DNA of 64,000 nucleotides. Origin: an uncultured Spirochaetota bacterium. Lineage in GTDB: Bacteria; Spirochaetota; Spirochaetia; SZUA-6; Fen-1364. The position numbers and the translations under genes are program-made. The DNA lies in contig CAWGAA010000001.1 of the NCBI GenBank assembly GCA_963820525.1, positions 2,144,001 to 2,208,000 on the forward strand, written 5' to 3'. Under the pieces are notes generated by a model. That model worked only from the letters and a program-made list of their open reading frames with translations, had not been told where the DNA came from and searched no databases. This document shows, in pieces, positions 17,882 through 26,415 of this stretch (position 1 is its first letter; each line of letters starts with the position of its first letter).

Positions 17882-19579
17882 ATGCCGAAAATCGACGTCA
17901 ACGAAAAGCTCTTCTTCCAGACCATCGGGAAGCGCTTCGACCGGACCGAGCTTTCCGAGCTTCTCACCGCGGCCAAGGCGGAGCTGGACGACTGGCAGGA
18001 AGCGGAAGGGGTGCTGCGCATCGAGCTCAACGACACCAACCGCCCCGACCTCTGGTCCACCATGGGGCTCGCCCGCCAGCTCTCCATCTATCTCACGGGG
18101 AAGATACCCTCGTATCCCTTCTTTTCCCGGCAGGGCGCCGCCAAGGAAACGGCGGACAGGCGGGTGGAGGTGGACGCGGGCCTCAAGGATATCCGGCCGT
18201 ACATCGCCTCATTCGTGGCGGAGGGCAAGGAGATCACCGACGCGCTTTTGCGCGAGATCATCCAGTCACAGGAGAAGCTCTGCGGAAACTTCGGAAGGAA
18301 GAGGAAGACCATCGCCATGGGGGTCTCACGGGCGGATCTCATCTCCTGGCCGGTACGCTACTCCGCGGCTGATCCCGACAAGACCCGCTTCGTGCCGCTG
18401 GATTTCACGAGCGCGCTTTCCATGCGCCAGATCCTCGCGGACCACCCAAAGGGGCGGGAATACGGGCCCATCGTGGCCGGCTTTCCGAAGTTCCCCCTCC
18501 TGTCTGACGGCAAAGGCGAGGTCCTCACCTTCCCGCCAGTCATCAACTCGGCCTTTATCGGCGGGGTGCGGGTGGGAGACTCGCGCCTGTTCATCGACCT
18601 CACCGGGCCGGACCTGGATACCATCCTCACCGCCTGCTCCATCGCCGCATGCGATTTCGCGGACATGGGCTTCACGATCCTTCCCGTGAAGGTGGAGTAC
18701 CGCTGCGAAACGCCGTACGGAAAGAGCATCGTCACGCCCTTCTATTTCCAGAAGGAAGTGACGGTGGACGTCGATGCGGCCGAGAGGCGCCTGGGGGATT
18801 CCTTCAGCCCCGAGGAGGCGGCCGGCTACATCAGGAAGATGGGAAACACGGTGCGCGTGGACGGCAGGCGCCTCCTGGTGGCTCCGCCCGAATACAGAAA
18901 CGATTTCATGCACCCCGTTGACGCCGTCGAGGAGATCATGATCGGCCGCGGGATGGACAGCTTCACGCCCGTGATGCCGCGGGATTTCACGGTGGGCCGC
19001 CTCTCCCCCGCCGAGGAGTACGGCCGAAAGGTTCGCGAGATCGTGGTCGGGCTCGGCTACCAGGAGATGATCTACAACTACCTCGGCTCCCGCCGCGACT
19101 TCGTCGACAGAATGTGCATGGGCCAGGAAAGCGTGATCGAGATCGCCAACCCCATGGCGGAGAGCGCCGACGTGGTGAGAAACTCGATCATCCCCAACCT
19201 CCTGGGATCCGAGGCCGTGTCGGCAAACGCCGTCTACCCCCACCGGATCTTCGAGGTGGGAAAGGTGGTGGTGCGTGACGCGGCGGACAACCAGGGCTGC
19301 CGCACGGTGAACAGCCTCGGCCTGTTCTGGGCGGACCGGGAGGTCGGCTTCAACGAAGTGGATTCACACATCCTCACCATCTTCTACTACCTGTCGCTGG
19401 AGCCGAAGCTCGAGCCCGTGGAAGATCCGCGTTTCATCCCGGGAAGGGCGGCGAGAATCCTTCTCAAAGGCAGAAGAGTCGGGATCATGGGAGAGGTCAG
19501 CCCCCAAGTGCTTGAGAACTGGGGCATCACGATGCCCTGCGCCGCGGCGGAGATCGAGCTGGACGCGCTGCAGGAATGA
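17882..19579 (+). CDS. pheT: Phenylalanyl-tRNA synthetase beta subunit, short archaeal-type
   Basis: 565 aa. NDTNRPDLWS, QEKLCGNFGRKRK, TFPPVINS, PPEYRNDFMHPVDAVEE, YPHRIFEVG. Confidence 0.95.
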   Translation: MPKIDVNEKLFFQTIGKRFDRTELSELLTAAKAELDDWQEAEGVLRIELNDTNRPDLWSTMGLARQLSIYLTGKIPSYPFFSRQGAAKETADRRVEVDAGLKDIRPYIASFVAEGKEITDALLREIIQSQEKLCGNFGRKRKTIAMGVSRADLISWPVRYSAADPDKTRFVPLDFTSALSMRQILADHPKGREYGPIVAGFPKFPLLSDGKGEVLTFPPVINSAFIGGVRVGDSRLFIDLTGPDLDTILTACSIAACDFADMGFTILPVKVEYRCETPYGKSIVTPFYFQKEVTVDVDAAERRLGDSFSPEEAAGYIRKMGNTVRVDGRRLLVAPPEYRNDFMHPVDAVEEIMIGRGMDSFTPVMPRDFTVGRLSPAEEYGRKVREIVVGLGYQEMIYNYLGSRRDFVDRMCMGQESVIEIANPMAESADVVRNSIIPNLLGSEAVSANAVYPHRIFEVGKVVVRDAADNQGCRTVNSLGLFWADREVGFNEVDSHILTIFYYLSLEPKLEPVEDPRFIPGRAARILLKGRRVGIMGEVSPQVLENWGITMPCAAAEIELDALQE

Positions 19580-19609
19580 ACCGCGCCTGCTCAGGGCGGG
19601 TACGGGCGG

Positions 19610-19687
19610 TTCGCCGGCGGGCGCGGGACATTCGCCGGCAGGCGTGGGACATTCGTCGGCAGGCGTGGGACGTCGTCGGCAGGCGTG
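19610..19687 (+). repeat. Degenerate 21-bp tandem repeat, about 3.7 copies
   Basis: TTCGCCGGCGGGCGCGGGACA / TTCGCCGGCAGGCGTGGGACA / TTCGTCGGCAGGCGTGGGAC / GTCGTCGGCAGGCGTG. Confidence 0.9.
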
Positions 19688-19716
19688 CATGGCGCCCCAG
19701 CCGGCGGCGAATATGG

Positions 19717-19748
19717 AAACGGCCACGCACTGCGGCCGTTTTGTTTTT
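19717..19748 (+). terminator. Intrinsic terminator downstream of pheT
   Basis: AAACGGCC-ACGCACTGC-GGCCGTTT followed by TGTTTTT. Confidence 0.7.
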
Positions 19749-19762
19749 CACATCGGTATATT

Positions 19763-20086
19763 TCAGGGCTCGCGCCGTTCCATCTCCGCCCTCATGATCA
19801 TCAGCGCGGCCATCATGCGGGGAAAACCGGCGCTGGTCGCCGTGAGAAGGATCGCGTGCTCGATGTCTTCGGGGGTGCACGCCGCCTCCCGGGCCTGCCC
19901 GATATGAAATCGAAGGGCATAGTCGAACTGAGAGGCGGCGGCGATTCCCACCTTGATGAGCGCGCGCTCCCGCTCGGTGAGCGGTCCCCCCTTCTCATGG
20001 ACCGCCTTCGCGAATGCCTCGTAGGAAGCATCGATCTCGGGGTGCCGCCGCTTGAAATAGCTCCAATTCTCCGCACGTGCGTCCAT
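19763..20086 (-). CDS. Carboxymuconolactone decarboxylase (CMD/AhpD) family protein
   Basis: GPLTERERALIKVGIAAA, ALRFHIGQAREA, EDIEHAILL...AGFP. GAGGAA RBS. Confidence 0.85.
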   Translation of the reverse strand: MDARAENWSYFKRRHPEIDASYEAFAKAVHEKGGPLTERERALIKVGIAAASQFDYALRFHIGQAREAACTPEDIEHAILLTATSAGFPRMMAALMIMRAEMERREP

Positions 20087-20256
20087 ACTTTCCTCCTCTC
20101 CAGAACGTACACCCGCGGCGGTGCGACGGGAAGAGGCACGATTGCGGTGAAGGCACGGCGTGGCGCGGAATCCGGCGAAGCTTGGGCGCCTCACCCAGCG
20201 CGCCCTTGTCACCGCCTCCGCCGGCGTGGTTTAATCCTCACTGCGGAGGCAATCTC

Positions 20257-20745
20257 ATGGAGGCGAAAGTGACCGCCGTTCAGCTCTCCTGGCAGGAGGG
20301 AGCGAACATCATCGTGGGCCAGACCCACTTCATCAAGACCGTGGAGGACCTGGCGGAGATCATGAACTCCGCGGTGCCCGGAGTGAAATACGGGCTCGCG
20401 TTCTGTGAAGCGTCAGGCCCCTGCCTGGTGCGCACCGAGGGAAACGACGAGGCGCTTGTCTCCGATGCCGCGCGGGCGGCCCAGGCCGTCGGCGCCGGCC
20501 ACGCCTTTTTCCTCGTGCTGAAGAACGCCTTCCCCATCAACGTCCTCAACCAGATCAAGGGCTGCCAGGAAGTGTGCCGCATCTTCTGCGCCACGGCCAA
20601 CCCCCTTCAGATTCTCGTGGCCTCCACAGCCCAGGGCAATGGGATCGTCGGGGTCATCGACGGCTCGCCGCCCAAGGGCGTGGAAACCGAAAAGGACAGG
20701 GCGGACAGGAAGGCGATGCTTCGAAGGTTCGGGTATAAGTTCTGA
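20257..20745 (+). CDS. DUF355 / 'adenosine-specific kinase' family protein
   Basis: NIIVGQTHFIKTVEDL, GLAFCEASGPCLVR, FPINVLN, IFCATANP, GIVGVIDG, RRFGYK. GGAGG RBS. Confidence 0.9.
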   Translation: MEAKVTAVQLSWQEGANIIVGQTHFIKTVEDLAEIMNSAVPGVKYGLAFCEASGPCLVRTEGNDEALVSDAARAAQAVGAGHAFFLVLKNAFPINVLNQIKGCQEVCRIFCATANPLQILVASTAQGNGIVGVIDGSPPKGVETEKDRADRKAMLRRFGYKF

Positions 20746-20801
20746 AAAACTCGGGCATCGCAGGCTCGGGGGGCGCGACCTTCGCGGCCAAGGCGGCACG
20801 G

Positions 20802-21182
20802 GTGCTCCTCATCCTCCTGGGCGTCACCATCCTCGTGCTCTCCCTCACCCCGCGGGCGATACGCCTCCCGCACGAATTCCGCTTCGAGGACAAGCTGGAG
20901 CATCTGATCTCGTACATCGCCCTCGGCGCCTGCATGATGCTGGCGGTGAACCGCAGGGGCGTGCTGCCGTGCCTGATCGTCATTGCGCTGTGCTCCGCAT
21001 ACGGGGGAGCGATAGAGATCGTTCAACCGATCGTGGGGCGCACCAGGGACATCTGGGATTTCATGGCCGATCTTTCAGGGGCGGCCTTCGGAGCGATTAT
21101 CATCGTGCTCCTGCGCGCCGGACAGAGACGGCGAGGTGAGGGGGGAACCCCCCCGCGCGGGGACGCGAAGCCCTCGGGATAG
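20802..21182 (+). CDS. VanZ family membrane protein (start approximate)
   Basis: DKLEHLISY, YGGAIEIVQPIVGRTRDIWDFMADLSG. Confidence 0.85.
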   Translation: MLLILLGVTILVLSLTPRAIRLPHEFRFEDKLEHLISYIALGACMMLAVNRRGVLPCLIVIALCSAYGGAIEIVQPIVGRTRDIWDFMADLSGAAFGAIIIVLLRAGQRRRGEGGTPPRGDAKPSG

Positions 21183-21235
21183 ATTGCGATGCGCGGCCGT
21201 CTCGCACCCATCAGAGGGGCTGAAAGTGATTCTTC

Positions 21236-22129
21236 TCATGTGTTTCTCTTTTCTCCCCGTGATGAAATATATATTCCGGCGAGGATGAGCCCCGCGCCCG
21301 CCGCCTTGACGGCGGAAGGGACCTCGGAAAGAAGCGGAATCGCGATGAGGGTGGCGCCGATGGGCTCTGCGAGAAGCGTCACCGTCACGAAGGTCGCGGA
21401 GACATACTTCAGGGCCCAGTTGTACGAGGTGTGTCCGATGAGCTGCGGCCCCACGGCGAGAAGCGCCACGAGCAGGTACCCCATCGCCGGGTATCCCAGG
21501 AAGCGCGCCCCGCTGATCGCCGCAAGGCTCACGAGCACCGCCGCGGCAATGGCGTAGACGATGCCCGTATACGCAAGAAGCGACATGCCCTTCCTCAACG
21601 CCCGCCCGAAAAGGAGATACCCGGAAACGGCAGCGGCGCCGAGGAGCGCAAGGATGTCTCCCCGCGCGCTTGCGGCGCCCGGGCGGCCGAGGTCCGAGAG
21701 TGCAATGACCAGTGCTCCCGCCACGGCCGCCGCGATCCCGGCGATGGTCCAGCGCGTGAGCGGCTCGCGGAGGATCAGCAGGGAGGCAAGTCCGACAAAC
21801 AGCGGGTTGGTGCTGACGAGCACGACGGAGCTCATCACGGACGTGTATTGAAGGGAGGAGATCCAGAAGGCGAAATGGAGGGCGAGGAGCAGCCCTGAGG
21901 CGAGGAGGCGAAGGGCGTCATGGAGGGTGATGCGGAGGATCTCAGCCCTGGCGCGCACGACGGCCAGGGGCAGGAGGATGACGGCTGAGAACGCGAGGCG
22001 GAGCGCCGCAATGACCAGGGGCGGCACTCCCTGGCGCAGGGCGAAGGAGATGAGGATTGCGGCCGAGGAAACGGCCAGCACCCCGGCCGCCAGAACGAGG
22101 TATCGTTTGAGCCCGAGCTGCCCTCCCAT
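21236..22129 (-). CDS. DMT/EamA family transporter
   Basis: About 10 TMs. LALHFAFWISSLQYTSV, STNPLFV, PQLIGHTSYNWAL, LAEPIGA. Confidence 0.9.
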   Translation of the reverse strand: MGGQLGLKRYLVLAAGVLAVSSAAILISFALRQGVPPLVIAALRLAFSAVILLPLAVVRARAEILRITLHDALRLLASGLLLALHFAFWISSLQYTSVMSSVVLVSTNPLFVGLASLLILREPLTRWTIAGIAAAVAGALVIALSDLGRPGAASARGDILALLGAAAVSGYLLFGRALRKGMSLLAYTGIVYAIAAAVLVSLAAISGARFLGYPAMGYLLVALLAVGPQLIGHTSYNWALKYVSATFVTVTLLAEPIGATLIAIPLLSEVPSAVKAAGAGLILAGIYISSRGEKRNT

Positions 22130-22253
22130 GGGGGAATCATACACCGTCGGGAGCCGATCGAAGAAGCGGCATCCACCGGCAAACGGTGTCGACGGCGGCG
22201 ACAATCCTCCGCACGGTCCTCTGCGCCGCGGCGGAAGAGTATATTCTGCATAG

Positions 22254-23633
22254 ATGGAAAGCATGCTCGTCATTGAAGCGGATCGGGCGCTCACCACGCG
22301 GCTCGCCCATTTCTTCGGGGCGCAGGGCCACATCGTGGAGACCGCCCCGGACCAGGCGTCCGCCATCCGCAAGATCGAGCAGCACAGCTTCGAGATCGTC
22401 ATCGCGGACTCAAAGACCGTGGGAGCCGGAATGGAGGGGCTCCTCCTCGCGCTGGCGAGCAGGACCTCCCACTCGGTCACCATCGTCATGTGCGAGCCCG
22501 AAAGGATCGACGAGGCCATCCACGCCATCCGCGAAGGGGCCGCGGATTTCATCCAGAAGCCGGTCAACCTCGCCGCGCTGGACATCAAGGTGAGCAAGGG
22601 AATCGAGCTGATGCGGCTGGCGCACGAGCGGCAGGTCCTGCGGGGAGATCAGGATTTCATCTACCGGACCACGAACTTCGTCGGCCAGAGCCCCGCCATC
22701 CGCAAGGTGCTCGACCTTGTGGAGAAGGTGGCCAAGAGCAGCTCCAGCGTGGTCCTCCTGGGCGAGACGGGGACGGGCAAGGAGCTTCTCGCCGGCGCCA
22801 TCCACTTCAACAGCCTCAGATCGGCCCACGCCTTCGTCAAGGTCAACTGCGCGACGCTGCCCGACACGCTCCTGGAGAGCGAGCTCTTCGGACACGAGAG
22901 GGGAGCGTTCACGGGGGCGGAGAAGACGCGGATCGGACGCTTCGAGCAGGCGAACGGCGGAACGATATTCCTGGACGAGATCGCCGACATCAGCCCTCCC
23001 ATCCAGTCGAAACTCCTGCGGGTCCTCCAGGAGAAGGAGTTCGAGCGGCTGGGAAGCAACCGGACGATCAGCGTCGATGTCAGGGTCATCTCCGCCACGA
23101 ACAAGGACCTCTCGCGCGAGATCGAGGCAGGGCGGTTCCGGACCGACCTCTTCTATCGACTCAACGTCGTGAGCATTCCGATTCCCCCGCTGCGCGAACG
23201 CGAGGGGGATGTCGGGCTTCTGGCCATGCATTTCCTGCGCAAATTCGCCACGGACATGAAAAAGAAGGTGACGGAAATCGACGCCGAAGCGATGCGCTTC
23301 TTGATCGAATACTGGTGGCCGGGGAACATCAGGGAGTTGAAGAACACGATAGAGAGGGCCGTGATCATGGCGGACTCGGATACCATCACCCAGGCCGACA
23401 TCAGCCTTCCTTTCCTGAGACCCGGCCCGCCGGAGGCTCCCAGCCCCGATGGATTCCCGCCGGCGGGAATGAAGTGGGAGGAAATGGAAAAGGGGCTCAT
23501 CGTGAAAGCGCTCGAAAAGGGCGGCTGGATACAGAAGGAAGCGGCCAAAATTCTGGGCCTGTCGACTCGAGTCCTCAATTACAAGATCAAGAAATTCGGC
23601 ATCACTCACCCCAGCTGGAGACAGAACAGATAG
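22254..23633 (+). CDS. Sigma54-dependent response regulator (NtrC family; REC-AAA+-Fis HTH)
   Basis: GETGTGKE, ESELFGHERGAFTGA, GGTIFLDEI, FRTDLFYRLNV, WPGNIREL. HTH EAAKILGLSTRVLNYKIKK. Confidence 0.95.
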   Translation: MESMLVIEADRALTTRLAHFFGAQGHIVETAPDQASAIRKIEQHSFEIVIADSKTVGAGMEGLLLALASRTSHSVTIVMCEPERIDEAIHAIREGAADFIQKPVNLAALDIKVSKGIELMRLAHERQVLRGDQDFIYRTTNFVGQSPAIRKVLDLVEKVAKSSSSVVLLGETGTGKELLAGAIHFNSLRSAHAFVKVNCATLPDTLLESELFGHERGAFTGAEKTRIGRFEQANGGTIFLDEIADISPPIQSKLLRVLQEKEFERLGSNRTISVDVRVISATNKDLSREIEAGRFRTDLFYRLNVVSIPIPPLREREGDVGLLAMHFLRKFATDMKKKVTEIDAEAMRFLIEYWWPGNIRELKNTIERAVIMADSDTITQADISLPFLRPGPPEAPSPDGFPPAGMKWEEMEKGLIVKALEKGGWIQKEAAKILGLSTRVLNYKIKKFGITHPSWRQNR

Positions 23634-23642
23634 AGAATAATC

Positions 23643-23669
23643 CCGTAACGAATTACGGTAATCGGTTAC
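23643..23669. promoter_or_regulatory. Candidate enhancer (UAS): two tandem GTAA-N4-TTAC palindromes
   Basis: CCGTAA-CGAA-TTACGG overlaps GTAA-TCGG-TTAC, about 100-125 bp upstream of a -24/-12 motif. Confidence 0.6.
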
Positions 23670-23768
23670 GAATTTGAAATCTCTGGTCTAACCTGAGACC
23701 ACATAGCAAAAAAGAATACTTCACCTAATTCCTTACTATATAAATCTTTATTTTCTCTATTTCGTGGT

Positions 23769-23783
23769 TGGCATGCTTCATGC
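23769..23783 (+). promoter_or_regulatory. Sigma54 -24/-12 promoter
   Basis: TGGCATGCTTCATGC matches the TGGCAC-N5-TTGC spacing (GG-N10-GC). It lies about 30 nt before ATG 23816, after an AT-rich tract and directly downstream of a bEBP gene. Confidence 0.78.
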
Positions 23784-23815
23784 CTAATATCTGCGGCCTG
23801 GGAAAGGAGGCGAAA

Positions 23816-24808
23816 ATGGCACCGCAGAAAGCATGCCGAACCATAGCGACGCGCGTCGTCATGCTCCCCGCTCTTCTTCTTATGGTCGCCTCCTGCAATC
23901 TGCCGGGGCTCTTTGGTCCACAAGAGAGCATCGGCGCGCTCGATCTCACGATTGGAGATGCCTCAGCGCGGACGCTCATCCCCGGCTTCGATATGACTCC
24001 GGCAAGCTTCGTCATTTCCGGGTCCGGTCCACGGGGCAAGAGCTTCTCCAGGACGAGCACGTCGACGAGCGTTCAGATCAACGGACTTGCCACCGGCCAG
24101 TGGAGCGTGAGCGTGACGGTGAAAAATGCTTCAGCCGCGGCAATCGGCCAGGGCACGGGCTCCGTTTCGATCAGCAACAACCAGAGAGCCAGGCTCACGG
24201 TTGCCGTCGCCCCCTTTGCGGGAAACGGAGCCCTGCACCTTTCCGTTTCCTGGACGCCGGCCAATCTCATTGCACCTTCGGTCTCGGCCCAGCTCCTCCC
24301 CGCGTCGGGATCTCCGATCCCCCTTGCCTTCGTCATGGGCCCCGGGAGCGCAAGCTCCGACACGGGCGGCATTCCCGCCGGCTACTACACCCTCACGCTC
24401 CAGCTCCTGGACAACGACGCGCCGGTCACCGGCGCCGTGGAGGTGGTGAGGATCGTAGAGGGGCAGACGACTTCAGGCTCCTTCGACTTCACGCAGGCCG
24501 CCGGTGACGGAGGCGGGGCAATCTCCGTGGCAATCGCCGCCGAGGCGAGTGATCCGCTTTCCGTGACCGTGACGGGACAGGCTCTGGAGCTGAGCGCCGG
24601 CGCCGGCATGACCGTCACGGCCGCAGCAAGCGGATATTCGGGAAACGCGACCTACATCTGGTATCTCAACGGCCAACCGGAGTCAACCGGGGCCAGCCTG
24701 ACGCTAGGGAGCGCGCTCCCCGCGGGGATCTATCGGCTCGACGTGACGGCTTTCAGCGCGTACGGGATTCGCGCGGGAGCGGCCACGCTCGCTTTCACCG
24801 TGTCCTAG
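23816..24808 (+). CDS. Putative surface lipoprotein with three Ig-like/beta-sandwich domains
   Basis: GGAGG RBS. Signal peptide ending LLLMVAS-C. Ser/Thr/Gly-rich beta strands. Paralogous to the next gene. Confidence 0.8.
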   Translation: MAPQKACRTIATRVVMLPALLLMVASCNLPGLFGPQESIGALDLTIGDASARTLIPGFDMTPASFVISGSGPRGKSFSRTSTSTSVQINGLATGQWSVSVTVKNASAAAIGQGTGSVSISNNQRARLTVAVAPFAGNGALHLSVSWTPANLIAPSVSAQLLPASGSPIPLAFVMGPGSASSDTGGIPAGYYTLTLQLLDNDAPVTGAVEVVRIVEGQTTSGSFDFTQAAGDGGGAISVAIAAEASDPLSVTVTGQALELSAGAGMTVTAAASGYSGNATYIWYLNGQPESTGASLTLGSALPAGIYRLDVTAFSAYGIRAGAATLAFTVS

Positions 24809-24837
24809 ACGCGGTTATCACCTGGAGGAATACGAAG

Positions 24838-26103
24838 ATGGAGTATTCAAGCAATCAGAACGGAAATACGCGCACGGGGATTCGTGGAAAGAGCGTACTC
24901 GCCCTGGCGGGGATCATCCTCCTGGCGGCGGCCGTCGGCCTGCTCGGCTCGTGCTCTCCGATCGGGCTGGGCCCCGGGATGGGCTCCCTGGAGATCCGAA
25001 TCGCGGCGGATAACGCGAAGACCCTCACCCCGCCCATCGACATGACGACCGCCAGCTACGTCGTCTCCGGAACCGGGCCGAACGCCGGCACTTTCTCCAC
25101 GACCGTCACGGGCTCTTCGGCCACGGTATCGGGGCTCGCAGTGGGCGCATGGACCGTGAGCGTCGATGGGAAAAACGCCGCCGGAACATTCATCACCCAT
25201 GGGTCCGCAACCACGCAGGTGAGCACGGGAAGCACGCAGAGCGTGAGCGTGTCCGTTGCGCCAATCGCGGGCCTGGGGTCCCTCGGCCTGGCGGTGAGCT
25301 GGCCGGCGGCGCAGGTTCCCACGCCGCAGATCCAGGCGCAGCTCCTTCCGGCATCGGGCAGCGCCGTCACCCTTGTCTTCTCGGCGCCGCAGAACGGCTC
25401 CTCGTCGAGCTCGACGAGCGGTCTTCAGAACGGGTACTATACCCTCACCCTCCAGCTCCTGGACAACGGGCAGCTTCTCATGGGGGCGGTTGAGGTCGTG
25501 AGGATCGTGAAGGACCAGACGACAAGCGGGACCTTCGCCTTCTCCAACATAAACACCGGCAAAGGGGGCATCAAGGTCAACATCACGCCCCTCCTCGCGG
25601 ACCCGATCACCGTGACAATCAGCGGCCAGCAGGCCGAGATCGGCACCGGTGTGCCCCTCACGGTCACCGGCTCCGTGCCCGCGGGCACGGCCAACGTGAC
25701 CTACGTGTGGTACATCAACGCAGCGGCCAAGGGCACGGGCTCAAGCTTCACCTTCAACAGCTCGACCAGTCCTCTGGCTGCCGGGTACTACAGGCTTGAC
25801 GTGACGGCCTTCACCTCCGACGGGCTTCGCGCGGGGTCCGCCACCTGTTCCCTGAAGGTGGATGCTGTCGCACCCGTTGCCCTTACGTGGAACGCGAACG
25901 CGGAGGGCGATCTTGCCGGGTACAAGTTGTACATAGGAACGACATCGGGAACCTACGGGGCGCCGACGGATGTGGGACTGAACGTCACGGCGACGGTGCC
26001 GGGAATGGTGTGCGGGTGCACCTATTACTTCGTCGTGACCGCGTACAACAGCTCCGGGATGGAAAGCGCGAAATCGACCGAGCTGGCCTACACAATTCCC
26101 TAG
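24838..26103 (+). CDS. Putative surface lipoprotein, Ig-like domains plus C-terminal fibronectin type III domain
   Basis: GGAGG RBS. Lipobox LLGS-C. Shares GYYTLTLQLLDN, GAVEVVRIV and YRLDVTAF with the upstream gene. FN3 reads LTWNAN.E.DLAGYKLY...TYYFVVTAYN..G.ES..S.E. Confidence 0.82.
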   Translation: MEYSSNQNGNTRTGIRGKSVLALAGIILLAAAVGLLGSCSPIGLGPGMGSLEIRIAADNAKTLTPPIDMTTASYVVSGTGPNAGTFSTTVTGSSATVSGLAVGAWTVSVDGKNAAGTFITHGSATTQVSTGSTQSVSVSVAPIAGLGSLGLAVSWPAAQVPTPQIQAQLLPASGSAVTLVFSAPQNGSSSSSTSGLQNGYYTLTLQLLDNGQLLMGAVEVVRIVKDQTTSGTFAFSNINTGKGGIKVNITPLLADPITVTISGQQAEIGTGVPLTVTGSVPAGTANVTYVWYINAAAKGTGSSFTFNSSTSPLAAGYYRLDVTAFTSDGLRAGSATCSLKVDAVAPVALTWNANAEGDLAGYKLYIGTTSGTYGAPTDVGLNVTATVPGMVCGCTYYFVVTAYNSSGMESAKSTELAYTIP

Positions 26104-26148
26104 GGCCGTCCGTGGACTGAGGCGACGAGCGCGGCGACCGCTCGAGAG

Positions 26149-26183
26149 GGCCGCGCAACCCACCGGTTGCGCGGCCTTTTTTT
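26149..26183 (+). terminator. Intrinsic terminator
   Basis: GGCCGCGCAACC-CACC-GGTTGCGCGGCC perfect 12-bp stem plus T7. Confidence 0.92.
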
Positions 26184-26415
26184 CCCTCGCGGCACCAAGA
26201 GGATTTGTCGATCATTCTCAAACGTTGCTACATTTCTCCAAGGAAGGTTGGGAAGACAAAAAGAAGATGGCAGAAAACAAAAAGTTCGCGCATGGGCGCT
26301 TCACCATCCTTCCCCACATTAGGATGTCCAGCAGGGCTCGCGATCAGGGAGGACCGGAATGCCGTTTATTCGGCCGGTCTCTCCGTGGCCGGCCGCGCTG
26401 AGAAGAAAAAACACT

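Noticed and set aside
16318..18372. 684-aa ORF overlapping pheS/pheT
   Set aside because: Only the first ~165 aa are real (PheS N-terminus). The rest is off-frame read-through after the frameshift.
19610..19687. Possible mini CRISPR array
   Set aside because: The units are contiguous with no unique spacers, and there are no cas genes.
26184..26415. Third sigma54 promoter or ncRNA upstream of the ATP-grasp gene
   Set aside because: The CGGCAC and TGGCAG candidates lack GC at the -12 spacing. No recognisable RNA motif.
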